The translations under genes were made by a program, and so were the position numbers. Below, one piece after another: positions 10,584-21,307 of a DNA stretch of 64,000 nucleotides. Source of the stretch: an uncultured Rivularia sp. GTDB taxonomy: Bacteria > Cyanobacteriota > Cyanobacteriia > Cyanobacteriales > Nostocaceae. Where the stretch lies: positions 32,001-96,000 of the forward strand of contig OY762007.1 of NCBI GenBank assembly GCA_963665115.1, in the 5' to 3' direction. Below the pieces are notes generated by a model, which did not search any database, was not told the origin of the DNA, and saw only the letters and a list, made by a program, of their open reading frames with translations. How positions within the stretch are numbered: position 1 is the first letter of the stretch; every line of letters starts with the position of its first letter.

Positions 10584-11639
10584 ATGGAAAAATTGAAGGA
10601 ATTGATTCATAAGGAAAGTCCTCAAAAAAACGGCACTAGCAACAAAGATTCTCAACCCAAAAGCAAGGGGGGATTCTGGGGAAGGATGGGTAAAATTGCC
10701 ATAGTCTCGGCTGTCGCTGGGGGTTTGTTTGGATTTTTCTTGACTGGCAAGCCGTTTATGCAAGGTAATCTCAGTCCGGAAAAAGCGGGTTTTTTTAATG
10801 ATGATGCTGTTGATGGAGGTCAATTTTTACAGTTAAATCGTCCCGTCAATATTTTGGTGATGGGAATGAGCGTACTTCCTCCAGATACGCAAAATGCACC
10901 CGAAGAAAGTAAGAATTTGGGATATTTACCGCAAGTAAATTCCTTTGATGGACTTTCCGACGTGATGTTATTGATTAGATTCGATCCGAAAAGTAATAGA
11001 GTAAATATGCTTTCTATTCCTAGAGATACCCGCACGGAAATAGAAGGTTATGGCTTGAGAAAAATTAATTCAGCTAATCGTTTGGGTGGTGCTTATTTAA
11101 GTGCTAAAAGCGTTCAGAATCTTTTAGGAAATATAGAGATAAATGGTTACATTAGAATTAATGTTTTAGGAGTAGGTAAATTAATTGATGCTTTAGGAGG
11201 TGTAACTGTTAACGTTCCCAAAGATTTAAAATATCAAGACGATTCCCAACATTTATATATTAATTTAAAAGCCGGAGAGCAGCATCTTGATGGCGACAAA
11301 GCATTACAACTGCTGAGATTCCGTAACGATCGAAGAGGAGATATAGGACGAATTGAAAGGCAGCAATTACTCATGCAAGCCTTGATCAAACAGGCATTAA
11401 ATCCTGCAACATTAGCGCGATCGCCAATTATTCTCGGTACTATAAAAGAAAATATTGATACAAATTTAACCCTTGATAGTTTATTAACTCTAGTGAATTT
11501 TGGTGTCCGAACAAATCGCTCCGATATAGAGATGTTAACCTTACCCGGTGAAGTTAGTAATGGTAGAGAATTTGATGCTAGTTACTGGCTACCAGATGAA
11601 CAACAAATAGATGAGATAATGACTCGTTATTTTAATTAG
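10584..11639 (+). CDS. LCP (LytR-CpsA-Psr) family cell-wall protein
   Basis: N-terminal TM; SDVMLL, LSIPRDT, KINSA, LLRFRND..GDIGRIERQQ. Confidence 0.9.
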   Translation: MEKLKELIHKESPQKNGTSNKDSQPKSKGGFWGRMGKIAIVSAVAGGLFGFFLTGKPFMQGNLSPEKAGFFNDDAVDGGQFLQLNRPVNILVMGMSVLPPDTQNAPEESKNLGYLPQVNSFDGLSDVMLLIRFDPKSNRVNMLSIPRDTRTEIEGYGLRKINSANRLGGAYLSAKSVQNLLGNIEINGYIRINVLGVGKLIDALGGVTVNVPKDLKYQDDSQHLYINLKAGEQHLDGDKALQLLRFRNDRRGDIGRIERQQLLMQALIKQALNPATLARSPIILGTIKENIDTNLTLDSLLTLVNFGVRTNRSDIEMLTLPGEVSNGREFDASYWLPDEQQIDEIMTRYFN

Positions 11640-11643
11640 TTAT

Positions 11644-11945
11644 TGGGAATGGGTAATTGGGCATTGGGCATTGGGCATTGGGCATTGGGCATTGGGCATT
11701 GGGCATAGTTAAGAGTAGAAAGTAGAGAGTTAATCACTTTTTATTATTGTCATAAATGTCGCTACTTACTACTTACTACTCACTACTTATTACTCACTAC
11801 TCATTACTCACTACTCATTACTCATTACTTATTACTCACTACTCATTACTTATTACTCACTACTCACTACTCACTACTCATTACTCACTACTTTAATAAC
11901 GTCCCCTTGTCTCCCCCTCTCCCCCCTCTCCCCCCATCTCCCGAT
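11644..11945 (+). repeat. Composite STRR element copy 1 (heptamer arms around a conserved core)
   Basis: (GGGCATT)n, core AATCACTTTTTATTATTGTCATAAATGTC, (TACTCAC)n, TTTAATAACGTCCCC; related copies at 46668-46852 and 49885-50131. Confidence 0.75.
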
Positions 11946-11999
11946 GTCCAAAACTTTAAAAATAATTATCATTAATGAAAGATAATTTATTAGAAGCTG

Positions 12000-13373
12000 A
12001 TGAAATTACCAAATGGTCCGAAAATTCCTTCATTCATCCAAACGCTGAAGTTTATCGTCAATCCTTTAGCGGTGCTGGAAAACTGTGCCAAACGCTACGG
12101 AGATATTTATACTTTAGGTTTAAAATCTCCTGTGGTTGTTATTAGTAATCCGCAAGCGCTACAGCAAATACTAACTAACGATACCAAGGATTTTAGCGTT
12201 CCTTCTGAAGGAAACAAAGCTTTTGAACCGTTGATGGGTAAGCATTCTGTAATTATGGCGAGCGGTAATGCACATCGCCGTCAGCGACAGTTATTAATGC
12301 CTTCTTTTCATGGCGATAGAATGCGTTGTTATGGCGATGTTATCAATCAAGTTACTTCTGAAATCATGAATCGCTGGGAAGTTGGTAAAAACTTCGATGT
12401 GAGAGACGGGATGCAGGCTATTACCATGCGGGTAATTATGCAGGCTGTGTTTGGAATTTATGAAGGCGATCGCGCTGTTGAATTAGAAAAACTTCTCGGT
12501 TCAATTTTGGAGGCTGGAGGAAGTTCACCTATCAAAGCAGCTTTTATGATTTTCCCCGTGCTGCAACGGGATTTAGGTGCAAAAAGTCATTGGGGAAATT
12601 TTCTTCGTCAAAGAGAACGAATTTATCAATTGCTGAATGATGAAATAGAAGAAAGACGTGCCAACCCAGATGATTCGCGTACTGATGTTTTGAGTATGTT
12701 AATGGCGGCGCGGGATGAGCAAGGGCAAGCGATGACGAATGCAGAATTACGCGATGAATTAATAACTTTATTATTTGCAGGTCATGAAACCACTGCAACT
12801 GCTTTAACTTGGGCTTTTTACTGGATTCATAAGTTACCTGAAGTTCGGGAAAAGCTATTAGTAGAACTCGATAGTTTAGATGAAAATACCGATTTTAGTA
12901 CTATCAATAAACTCCCATATTTGAATGCAGTTTGTAATGAAACATTGCGAATTTATCCGGTAGCATTGCTTTTATTTCAACGAAAGGTAGAAAAAGCTGT
13001 TTCACTATGCGGTCATGATTTCGAGCCAGGTACATTCTTATATGGTTCAATTTATTCGGTTCATCAACGAGAAGATTTGTATCCCGAACCTAAGAAGTTT
13101 AAACCGGAACGTTTTTTAGAAAGACAGTTTTCACCTTACGAATTTATTCCTTTTGGTGGTGGTGCAAGACGCTGTATTGGCATGGCGTTTGCTCAATTTG
13201 AAATGAAGTTGATTTTAACAAAGATTTTAACAAGTTTGGAGTTAGATTTGATTGATAATGGTGAAGTAAAACCCAAACGTCGCGGTTTGGTAACTGGCCC
13301 AAATCGTTCGATTCAAATGATTGTTAAAGATAAGCGGGTTGCTAAGTCTCGGAGTTTAGAAACGGTTGGTTAG
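12000..13373 (+). CDS. Cytochrome P450 (CYP110-like)
   Basis: AGHETTA, ETLR, PERF, FGGGARRCIG heme motif. Confidence 0.95.
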   Translation: MKLPNGPKIPSFIQTLKFIVNPLAVLENCAKRYGDIYTLGLKSPVVVISNPQALQQILTNDTKDFSVPSEGNKAFEPLMGKHSVIMASGNAHRRQRQLLMPSFHGDRMRCYGDVINQVTSEIMNRWEVGKNFDVRDGMQAITMRVIMQAVFGIYEGDRAVELEKLLGSILEAGGSSPIKAAFMIFPVLQRDLGAKSHWGNFLRQRERIYQLLNDEIEERRANPDDSRTDVLSMLMAARDEQGQAMTNAELRDELITLLFAGHETTATALTWAFYWIHKLPEVREKLLVELDSLDENTDFSTINKLPYLNAVCNETLRIYPVALLLFQRKVEKAVSLCGHDFEPGTFLYGSIYSVHQREDLYPEPKKFKPERFLERQFSPYEFIPFGGGARRCIGMAFAQFEMKLILTKILTSLELDLIDNGEVKPKRRGLVTGPNRSIQMIVKDKRVAKSRSLETVG

Positions 13374-13398
13374 GATTTTGGGTTTTGTGGAAAGTAAA

Positions 13399-13508
13399 CC
13401 GGCGATTCAAATCGCTGCTACACAGGCAAAATCCACCTGCGTGGATTTAATTATTCATAACCCGCGACGGCGGGTTTCGCTTGTGTAGACGCGATTTCAA
13501 TCGCCGGG
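13399..13508. repeat. REP-like palindromic pair
   Basis: CCGGCGATTCAAATCGC..CTACAC / GTGTAGACGCGATTTCAATCGCCGG; relatives near 2480-2597, 23078-23208, 40960-41050, 61221-61347. Confidence 0.7.
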
Positions 13509-13676
13509 TAAAGTATTAAATTAGACGCATTATTACATCCTCTAAGGAGGGATGCCGGAGGCGGGGTGAGGTTTTATATTTAATTTAACCCAGTTAATTA
13601 TTTATCTTAATATTAATATAACCTCTTGTCACCGTTCCCTGTTCCCTATTCCCTATTTCCCTTCCTAAAAAAAATT

Positions 13677-14294
13677 ATGTCATACAGTGACTTTAAAACA
13701 ATAGATCAAGCTGTTACTGCATTAGAGTTAACGGTAGAAGATATTCCTCATTTATTTGGTAACGTTGAAGCTATCGAACCTTCTCAACGTTTGAAAGAAA
13801 CTTTAGATGAAACTTTAGATTTAGCATCAAGTATTAGTACGGAAAAAGCTCGTTCGGAATTAATTATTACGCCAATATTATTAGAAGTAAGGCGAAGGTT
13901 TAATAACAAAATCGGTTATTTTTCTGGTAACACATTTAATATTGATGAATCTAAAAGCTTAACTGGTGCTTGTGATTTTCTCTTGAGCGCATCTAGCAAT
14001 CAATCATTGGTAACTGCTCCGGTTTTAACATTGGTAGAGGCTAAAGATAATGATATCCGTATCGGCTTAGGACAATGTGTAGCTCAAATGGTTGCTGCTC
14101 AAATTTTTAATACTCGTAAAGGATTGGAAAAGCAAATTATTTATGGTGCTGTTTCTACGGGTACTAACTGGAAATTTATAATATTAGAAGATAATTTAGT
14201 CAAAATTGATTTAACAGAATATTTTATTACGCAATTGGATCGGATATTAGGGATTTTAGCTGAACCTTTTAGAATTTATTTTGCTTCAAATTAA
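13677..14294 (+). CDS. Cyanobacterial PD-(D/E)XK restriction-endonuclease-like protein
   Basis: EKARSELIITPIL, GACDFLL, LVEAK, GQCVAQMVAAQIFN, GAVSTGTNWKF; ATG at 13677. Confidence 0.7.
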   Translation: MSYSDFKTIDQAVTALELTVEDIPHLFGNVEAIEPSQRLKETLDETLDLASSISTEKARSELIITPILLEVRRRFNNKIGYFSGNTFNIDESKSLTGACDFLLSASSNQSLVTAPVLTLVEAKDNDIRIGLGQCVAQMVAAQIFNTRKGLEKQIIYGAVSTGTNWKFIILEDNLVKIDLTEYFITQLDRILGILAEPFRIYFASN

Positions 14295-14295
14295 C

Positions 14296-17200
14296 TTATT
14301 TGGAAGAGATATCACCAAAAGTTATATTCCCTGCTGTACCTATATTAAAACCAATATTTCCATCCCCCACAATTCCCACACCATCTTTAACTTGATTGCT
14401 GATGCTGCGAATATTTTCTTCTGCTTTGACGCTTTCATATCCTGCTTCGGGTAAACCTTTCCCACCAAGCAACAAAGCCACGGGAAAGTCTTCTGTAGCG
14501 AAATCAAAGAATGGTGTTTGTTCGATTTGATATTCCTGTTGTGTTGTTGACGGAACAGTTTTACTCAGATAATTCATTAAATGAGAAACTTTCACCGTCT
14601 TGTCTCCCGGTTGATTTCCCGCACCTTGTAAAGCTTCGAGGAAATGATATGTGTAGATGCTCATTGTGCGATCGCTGCGAATCCAAGATAATTGTGTTCC
14701 GGTGGAAGATGTAAATACAACTCTTCCCGTACCTTTTAAATTGTCGATGATGGTTTTGGGTAAAGCAGTTTGAGTAAAACCTTTGGGTATAGGCGATTTA
14801 GCATCTTTTGAAGTCGCCATTCCTTGAGCGTGACAACTATCTATAATTACTAATAATCTTTGTGCGGGAATTTCTTGTAATGCTTGGTTGATGGTTTCTG
14901 CTGAAAGTGCGGTATCGGGAATGTCTGCGCGATCGGTTTCGTGGGGGATGAGATAGTAATTTCCAGAATTATCTAAGCAACCGTGTCCGGAATAGTAAAT
15001 TAGTATAGTTGCTTCTGGGTCATTTTCGGCTTGTTGTTTTAACCAGGTTAAGTTTTCTAAGATTTGTTGTTTGGTAGCGGTTTCGTTGTAGAGAAGACGA
15101 ATATTATTGTCGATGTAACCGCATAAATTGGAGTCGGTGAGGAGAGTTTTTAGTGCTTGAATATCTTTAACTGTGACTGGTAGGGATAATTTGGTTTCTT
15201 CGCATTCACCAACACCGATGAGTAAAGCGTAGTTGTGGGAAGTATTAGACATGGTGGGTTTTGGGATGGGTTTGTAGTATTTTAGGTGTTCTTGGATTTC
15301 TTCGAGTGCGTGGATAGCTCGTGATACAGAATCTCCATTATTAGCTTTGACAAATTTATCTGTTTTTAAAAGTTGAATTAACCCAGGTATTGCTGCTTCA
15401 GATTTTATTTCTCCTAACGCAGATGCTGCCCCATAACGTACATCTGAATCTTCATCTTTGAGAAGGGATATTAATCCGGGAATTGCCGCTTCCGATTTTA
15501 TTTCTCCTAGTGCATCTACTGCGGTAGAACGTACAGATGAATCTTCATCTTCAAGAAGAGATATTAATCCGGGAATTGCCGCTTCCGATTTTATTTTTCC
15601 TAATGCAGATGCTGCGCTAGAACGTACCTTTGAATCTTCATCTTCAAGAAGAGATATTAATCCGGGAATTGCCGCTTCCGATTTTATTTTTCCTAGTGCA
15701 TATGCTGTGCTAAAACGTACAGATGAATCTTCATCTTCAAGAAGAGATATTAATCCGGAAATTGCCGCTTCCGATTTTATTTCTCCCAGTGCAGATGCTG
15801 CGCTAGAACGTACCTTTGAATCTTCGTCTTCAAGAAGGGATATTAATCCAGATATTACTGCTTCCGATTTTATTTTTCCTAGTGCATATGCTGCGCTAAA
15901 ACGTACAGATGAATCTTCATCTGCCAGAAGGGATATTAATCCAGGAATTACCGTTTCTGATTTTATTTCTCCCAGTGCAGATGCTGCGCTAGAACGTACC
16001 TTTGAATCTTCATCTTCCAGAAGGGATATTAATCCAGGAATAGCGGTTTCAGACTTGATTTCTCCTAGTGCATATTCTGCGCTACAACGTACAGATGAAT
16101 CTTCATATTCGCGAAGGGATATTAATTTAGGAATTACTATTTTAAATTTTATTTCTACTAGTGCAGATGCTATGCTATCACGTACAGATGAATCTTCATG
16201 TTCGCGAAGCAATATTAATCCAATAATCGCGGCTTCTGATTTCGTTCTACCCAAAAGCCGAATTTTCAACAACGCAGGAATTTCCAAACCATCAATTAAC
16301 CCAACCGTTTCCCCCTGCCATTCTTCCGTAACTTCCCCCGCCAATCTTGCACCCAATTGCCAATCAATCTCCAAACCCAACTTCACCAAACCCACAGCGC
16401 TATATTGCTTATCTACCAACTGCATCATCAACGCAACAGTTTCCGTCCACTTCAAATAGTTCAAATATTCCCACTGCAAATCATCATCACTCAACTTGGG
16501 CAATTCTTCTAATAATCTTTCAGCAGCGTAATATTCTTGCAGCAGTTGATGACGAAACTCAATTTGATTTTCTGCACCAATTTGAATTAAATGATATTTA
16601 AGTAAATCATCTAACCATTTTTCTGCATCCCTTGGCTGATGATAATCTTGCTCTTTCAAAAATTTTGTCAAAATATCTCTTGCTTCCTGTATCGGAATAG
16701 CAACGAGAATTTCGGTTTTCAAGAAACCTAACCCCCCAGCCCCCTTCCCTACAAGGGAATGGGGAGAATTAAGCCCCTCGCCTTGTAGGAGAGGGGTTAC
16801 TCTACGAGAAAACGCTCTGCGTTCATGGGGAGAGGTTCTACCATGCGTCATCACCCAAGCTAAATGCTGCAACAACCGCTTCCACCAACGGCGAGATTCA
16901 TCTGTTACCGGAATATCTTGTTTGAATTTATTATCGTAAATTTCGGTGAAGCGACGAAATACCAAACCCAAGTTAGCAGGTACTTTGTTCTGGTTACTCG
17001 CAAACACCGAACAAAGCATCATTAATAATAAAGGTGTTTCTCCCAACTCCCGTAAACGCCCTTCTAACTGCTTGAGCATTTCTTCTCCCTGCTCTGAAAG
17101 ATACCCACAAACAAAATTCCGCATCTGTTCTTCTGTTAGGGGTTGCATTTGCAGCTTTTTATCAATTCCTAAATCACCACCTACCCCTAAATCTCGCGTT

Positions 17201-17820
17201 GTAAAAATCATCGGAGTAGTTTGCTGATAATCTTGGCGAAATTTCTGTAAATCTTGTCTCGCTGCTTCTGATGGTAATTCGTTGACACCATCAATTAATA
17301 AAAGGAATTTTCCTGCAAACAGCAATTCTTCTATTTCATTGATTTCTAACCTTAGTTGGTGACGTTTGAGGAAGTCGCGAATTAATTCGATGATTGAAGT
17401 TTTGTAAAAACGGAGTTCCACGAGGATGGGAATTTGTTCGTTTTCTCCCGAATCCGCCAGGGAATGGGGAGAATTAAGCCCCTCGCCTCTTAGGAGAGGG
17501 GTTTGGGGAGAGGTTTCCAACAACAACCGCAACAAAGCCGTGGATTTACCAGAACCCGGACGACCAATTAATAATACGTGGTTGCAAGCGTATTTACGTA
17601 AACCTTCAATAACCGTTAAGCGTTCGGTTTTTTCTTCTTGCTGCTGCTTAACTTTCTCTACCATCAACCCAAAATCGAAAAATGGCGATAGAGGCAGCAT
17701 AGCTGAACGCCTTTCTAGCTCATCCCGTTGCTTCCCCACAACATCAGTTATGGTGTAACACCTCAACGATTCGCTGTAAGTATCGCAGATTGATTGTAGA
17801 TAAGCGTTGAGATTAAGCAC
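14296..17820 (-). CDS. NACHT NTPase - HEAT repeats - caspase (peptidase C14) fusion
   Basis: Walker A GRPGSGKS, Walker B LLLIDGVNE; about 9 31-aa PBS-HEAT repeats; YALLIGV, YYSGHG, IIDSCHA (His/Cys dyad). Confidence 0.88.
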   Translation of the reverse strand: MLNLNAYLQSICDTYSESLRCYTITDVVGKQRDELERRSAMLPLSPFFDFGLMVEKVKQQQEEKTERLTVIEGLRKYACNHVLLIGRPGSGKSTALLRLLLETSPQTPLLRGEGLNSPHSLADSGENEQIPILVELRFYKTSIIELIRDFLKRHQLRLEINEIEELLFAGKFLLLIDGVNELPSEAARQDLQKFRQDYQQTTPMIFTTRDLGVGGDLGIDKKLQMQPLTEEQMRNFVCGYLSEQGEEMLKQLEGRLRELGETPLLLMMLCSVFASNQNKVPANLGLVFRRFTEIYDNKFKQDIPVTDESRRWWKRLLQHLAWVMTHGRTSPHERRAFSRRVTPLLQGEGLNSPHSLVGKGAGGLGFLKTEILVAIPIQEARDILTKFLKEQDYHQPRDAEKWLDDLLKYHLIQIGAENQIEFRHQLLQEYYAAERLLEELPKLSDDDLQWEYLNYLKWTETVALMMQLVDKQYSAVGLVKLGLEIDWQLGARLAGEVTEEWQGETVGLIDGLEIPALLKIRLLGRTKSEAAIIGLILLREHEDSSVRDSIASALVEIKFKIVIPKLISLREYEDSSVRCSAEYALGEIKSETAIPGLISLLEDEDSKVRSSAASALGEIKSETVIPGLISLLADEDSSVRFSAAYALGKIKSEAVISGLISLLEDEDSKVRSSAASALGEIKSEAAISGLISLLEDEDSSVRFSTAYALGKIKSEAAIPGLISLLEDEDSKVRSSAASALGKIKSEAAIPGLISLLEDEDSSVRSTAVDALGEIKSEAAIPGLISLLKDEDSDVRYGAASALGEIKSEAAIPGLIQLLKTDKFVKANNGDSVSRAIHALEEIQEHLKYYKPIPKPTMSNTSHNYALLIGVGECEETKLSLPVTVKDIQALKTLLTDSNLCGYIDNNIRLLYNETATKQQILENLTWLKQQAENDPEATILIYYSGHGCLDNSGNYYLIPHETDRADIPDTALSAETINQALQEIPAQRLLVIIDSCHAQGMATSKDAKSPIPKGFTQTALPKTIIDNLKGTGRVVFTSSTGTQLSWIRSDRTMSIYTYHFLEALQGAGNQPGDKTVKVSHLMNYLSKTVPSTTQQEYQIEQTPFFDFATEDFPVALLLGGKGLPEAGYESVKAEENIRSISNQVKDGVGIVGDGNIGFNIGTAGNITFGDISSK
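15385..16215 (-). repeat. Coding 93-bp tandem repeat (HEAT)
   Basis: Repeated SEAAIPGLISLLEDEDSxVRxxAAxALGEIK. Confidence 0.9.
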
Positions 17821-18070
17821 TTAAAAATTAAAGATTATGTAAAAGAAGCGCTAAAGCGCAACTACGAACAAATTTCATTAAGATTACTGAGATTATAGCG
17901 AATTTATGACAATAATTTTTTTGACATCAATTTAGTTACGAATAAAGAAAATGAGTAAGAAATTTTACTGAAAATAAATGCTATTTTTAGTGTAAATTAT
18001 TTGTAGGATGCATCGGCGAAGAGGCAGCATAGCTAAACGCCAGTAATTTTTGTGTGTAAATTCCTTCTTA

Positions 18071-18330
18071 TTATTCCACCACATAAGTTTTTAGGGGTAA
18101 TGCATCGGTAGTGGGAGCGTCTCGCTCCCTCGGGCAACTATCGATCATCTCGCTCCCTCGGGCAACCAGCGAGCGTCTCCCTCGGGCAACTATCGATCGT
18201 CTCGCTCCCTCGGGCAACCAGCGAGCGTCTCCCTCGGAGCAACCAGCGAGCGTCTCCCTCGGGGCAACCAGCGACCAAGATGGTCGCACTACGCCTACCC
18301 AACAAAATTAATGTGCCGGAGTACTTAATA
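18071..18330. mobile_element. MITE-like element with internal tandemly amplified REP-like units
   Basis: Ends TATTCCACCACATAA / TTAATGTGCCGGAGTA; internal repeats of TCCCTCGGGCAAC with period about 21-26 bp; similar ends near 20755-20768, 20876-20999, 36465-36480. Confidence 0.6.
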
Positions 18331-18465
18331 GTCTTTTCAATAAAATAAGTCAACCCTAATTTAATGGCTGTAATTAACTAAAGTTCAGTTGCTAAACGTT
18401 ACTGTTTTGCTGTGAGTAATTTCTCGTACAGTAATATCAAACCCCAAAGTTACAGGTCAAAAAAT

Positions 18466-20680
18466 ATGCCTTCTACCTTCAATCTTTCAGCACCATCTAC
18501 CTTTAATTTACAAGAAGCTACTGTCAACGATATTCAAACAGCATTTAATTACGGTGCTTTGAGCGTTGAAGAATTAACTCAACTCTACCTTAATAGAATT
18601 ACAGCTTATGATGACCAAGGACCGAATCTTTCTGCGGTAATTTCGGTTAATCCCGATGCTTTGGATACAGCCAAGGAGTTAGATGCAAAGTTAAGAAGTC
18701 AAGGTGCCGATGGAGCTTTGTATGGAATTCCTGTACTTTTAAAAGACAATTATGACACTTTTGATTTACCAACTACTGCGGGATCTGATGTTTTAGCTGG
18801 TTCGATTCCTCCAGATGATGCTTTTACCGTGTCAGAATTTCGCGATGCTGGAGCAATAATTTTGGGTAAAACCAATATGAGCGAATTTGCTCTTTCTTCC
18901 GGAAGGCTCGGTTACAGTTCCAAAGGTGGTTTAACGCTCAATCCTTATAATCTCAACCGCGATGCTTCGGGTTCGAGTAGCGGTACGGGTGCTGCAATTG
19001 CAGCAGATTTTGCGACTTTGGGAACTGGTACGGATACGGCAGGTTCGGTTCGTGGCCCCGCTTCTGCTACTGGATTAGTTGGAATTAAGCCGACGCGAGG
19101 ATTGGTGAGTACTGATGGTATAGTTCCCCTCGCGCTTACCGCAGATGTAGCTGGCCCCAATTGCACGGAATGTTGAAGATGCGGCGATCGCCCTGGGAGT
19201 AATGGCTGGTGTCGATCCAAACGATGCGGCAACTGAAGCGAGTCAGGGGAATTTTGGCGATTACACTCAATTCTTGGATAAAAATGCTTTGCAAGGTGCA
19301 AGAATTGGTGTAGCGCGGGATTATTTCGGCGGTAACGAAGAAGTTGACGAGTTGGTGGAAGCAGCTATTAATAATATGAGGGCTGCTGGTGCAACAGTGA
19401 TTGAATTAGATATTCCCGATACGGTGGTTGATGCTTCTAATTACGGTACTTTGTTAAATTCTGTGGTTCAAGCCGAATTTAATCCGCAGATTGAGGAATA
19501 TTTGGGTACCCTTGATGAGGAATATCCGAAAAATTTAGAAGAATTAATTGCAGCGAGTAAAGATCCAGAATTGGTTAATTCGGAAACCCCAGTTAATCCA
19601 AATCGGATTGCAGTATACGAAGATTCGCTGGAATTTGGCGGTTTGGATAATCCCGAATATCAGGAAGCAATTAATCGAGGTATTCCCAAGCTGCAAGCAG
19701 AGTTAAATAATATTTTTGTTAGTAATAAATTAGATGCGATAGTTTATCCAACCATTGCCACTCCACCAACTCCGATTACTGACTCCGAAGGTAATGTAAT
19801 AGAAGATCCAACCTATCAAGCTAATTTAGATAATATCGGCGGCGACCCCTATCGTGCAAATTATTTAGCAAATTTAACTGGTTTTCCCGATTTAACTTTA
19901 CCCGTAGGATATACAGAACAAGGTTTACCCGTGGGTATGTCTTTAGTTGGGCAAGCATTTACCGAACCTACTTTGATCGGATTAGCATATGCTTACGAGC
20001 AGCAAAGTCCTGTTAGAGTTCTCCCATCGAATACACCTGCTTTACCGGGAGAAAAGTTTGAATATCTCACCGAAGTTTTAATTGTTGGTGATGCTGGTGA
20101 TGATATTTTGGAAACGCAATTATTGCCAGATTTTGATGGTAATAAAGATGTAGTATTTGCTGGGAAAGGAAACGATTTAGTAGATACAACTCAAAGTATT
20201 TCCGGTGGTAATCGAGTATTTGGTGGTAGCGGTGATGATGAATTATTCGCCGGGAAAAACGATAGAGTTAGTGGTGGTAAAGGAAATGATATTTTAGATG
20301 CTTCTCAAGGTAGAGGAGGCAATCGTTTGAGTGGTGGTGATGGCGATGATATTTTCTTCGCTGGTGGTAACGATAGATTAACTGGTGGTAATGGTAATGA
20401 TAGGTTTTTTATTATCGAAAAAGGTGGAAATACAATTAGTGGTGGTGCTGGGAAAGACCAATTTTGGATTGTGAATGCACAATTGCCAGAGGAAGTAAAC
20501 ACGATTACAGACTTTGAAACTGGAATTGACGTAATTGGAATTGCAGGTACTGGTTTATCTTTTGAAGATATAACTTTAAAAATAGATGATGGTAAAACTA
20601 CAATTAATGTTTTAAGTCAAGATGTTGCAGTTTTATTGGGTATGGAAGGGCTTGGGGAAAGTGATTTCGCCTTTGTTTAA
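18466..20680 (+). CDS. Amidase-signature protein with C-terminal RTX Ca-binding repeats (frameshift at 19155-19158)
   Basis: LLKDN, GSSSGTGAA, GTDTAGSVRGPA; GGxGxD repeats; removing one C restores AGPIARNVED. Confidence 0.88.
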
Positions 20681-20769
20681 ATAGTCAGTTCGTAGTAAGG
20701 GTTTTAACCCTTTCTTCCAATAACTAAAGTCGGCACGTAGAAACCGTCATCATAAATGTGGTGGAGTAT

Positions 20770-20877
20770 TAGTAGTTGATTGCATAAATTCTGAAAGGTT
20801 CGTTTTTCCCGTAACCTTCGGGAGACGTTATGTATAACGTTTCTACAACCCGTCAAAACAAATGAAAAGGACTACTA
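20770..20877. mobile_element. MITE family B, variant 1
   Basis: TAGTAGTTGATTGCATAAATTCTGA...CAAATGAAAAGGACTACTA; close copy at 35599-35706. Confidence 0.75.
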
Positions 20878-21000
20878 TTCCACCACATTAGTTTTGCGGG
20901 GTGTTGGGAGTGCGAGCCGGAAAGCTCGCTGGTTGTCACGAGGGAGCGAGACGCTCCCACTACATTTTGATTACCCCGCAAGATTAATGTGGTGGAGTAC

Positions 21001-21130
21001 TAGTAGTTGATTGCATAAATTCTGATGGGTGTATAGAAAAAATAAAAGATTATTCTACCCCCTCTACCCTCTCTTCCCCCTCTTCCCCCTCCGCATCTTT
21101 ACCCGTCAGAACAAATGAAAAGGACTACTA
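21001..21130. mobile_element. MITE family B, variant 2
   Basis: Same termini, different interior; near-identical copy at 35468-35597. Confidence 0.78.
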
Positions 21131-21307
21131 GTACTTGCGCTGTCTTCGCCAAAAATTACTAATGGTGCGTTACGGCTACGGTTAACGTATCTGTTTATTT
21201 TTTTACCTATTCGTGCCGTAATACACCCTACAATCTGGAAGATTATTAGCCTACGCAGGTAGGCTTTGCAAATGTAGCCCCACTATAAGGAGAGTGAGGG
21301 CGACTAA

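Noticed and set aside
15458..16459. 333-aa plus-strand ORF
   Set aside because: Antisense shadow of the HEAT repeats.
18111..18275. Tandem TCCCTCGGGCAAC units as a mini-CRISPR or coding ORFs
   Set aside because: Period is only 21-26 bp and the intervening bits are themselves repeated; better explained as an amplified REP inside a MITE.
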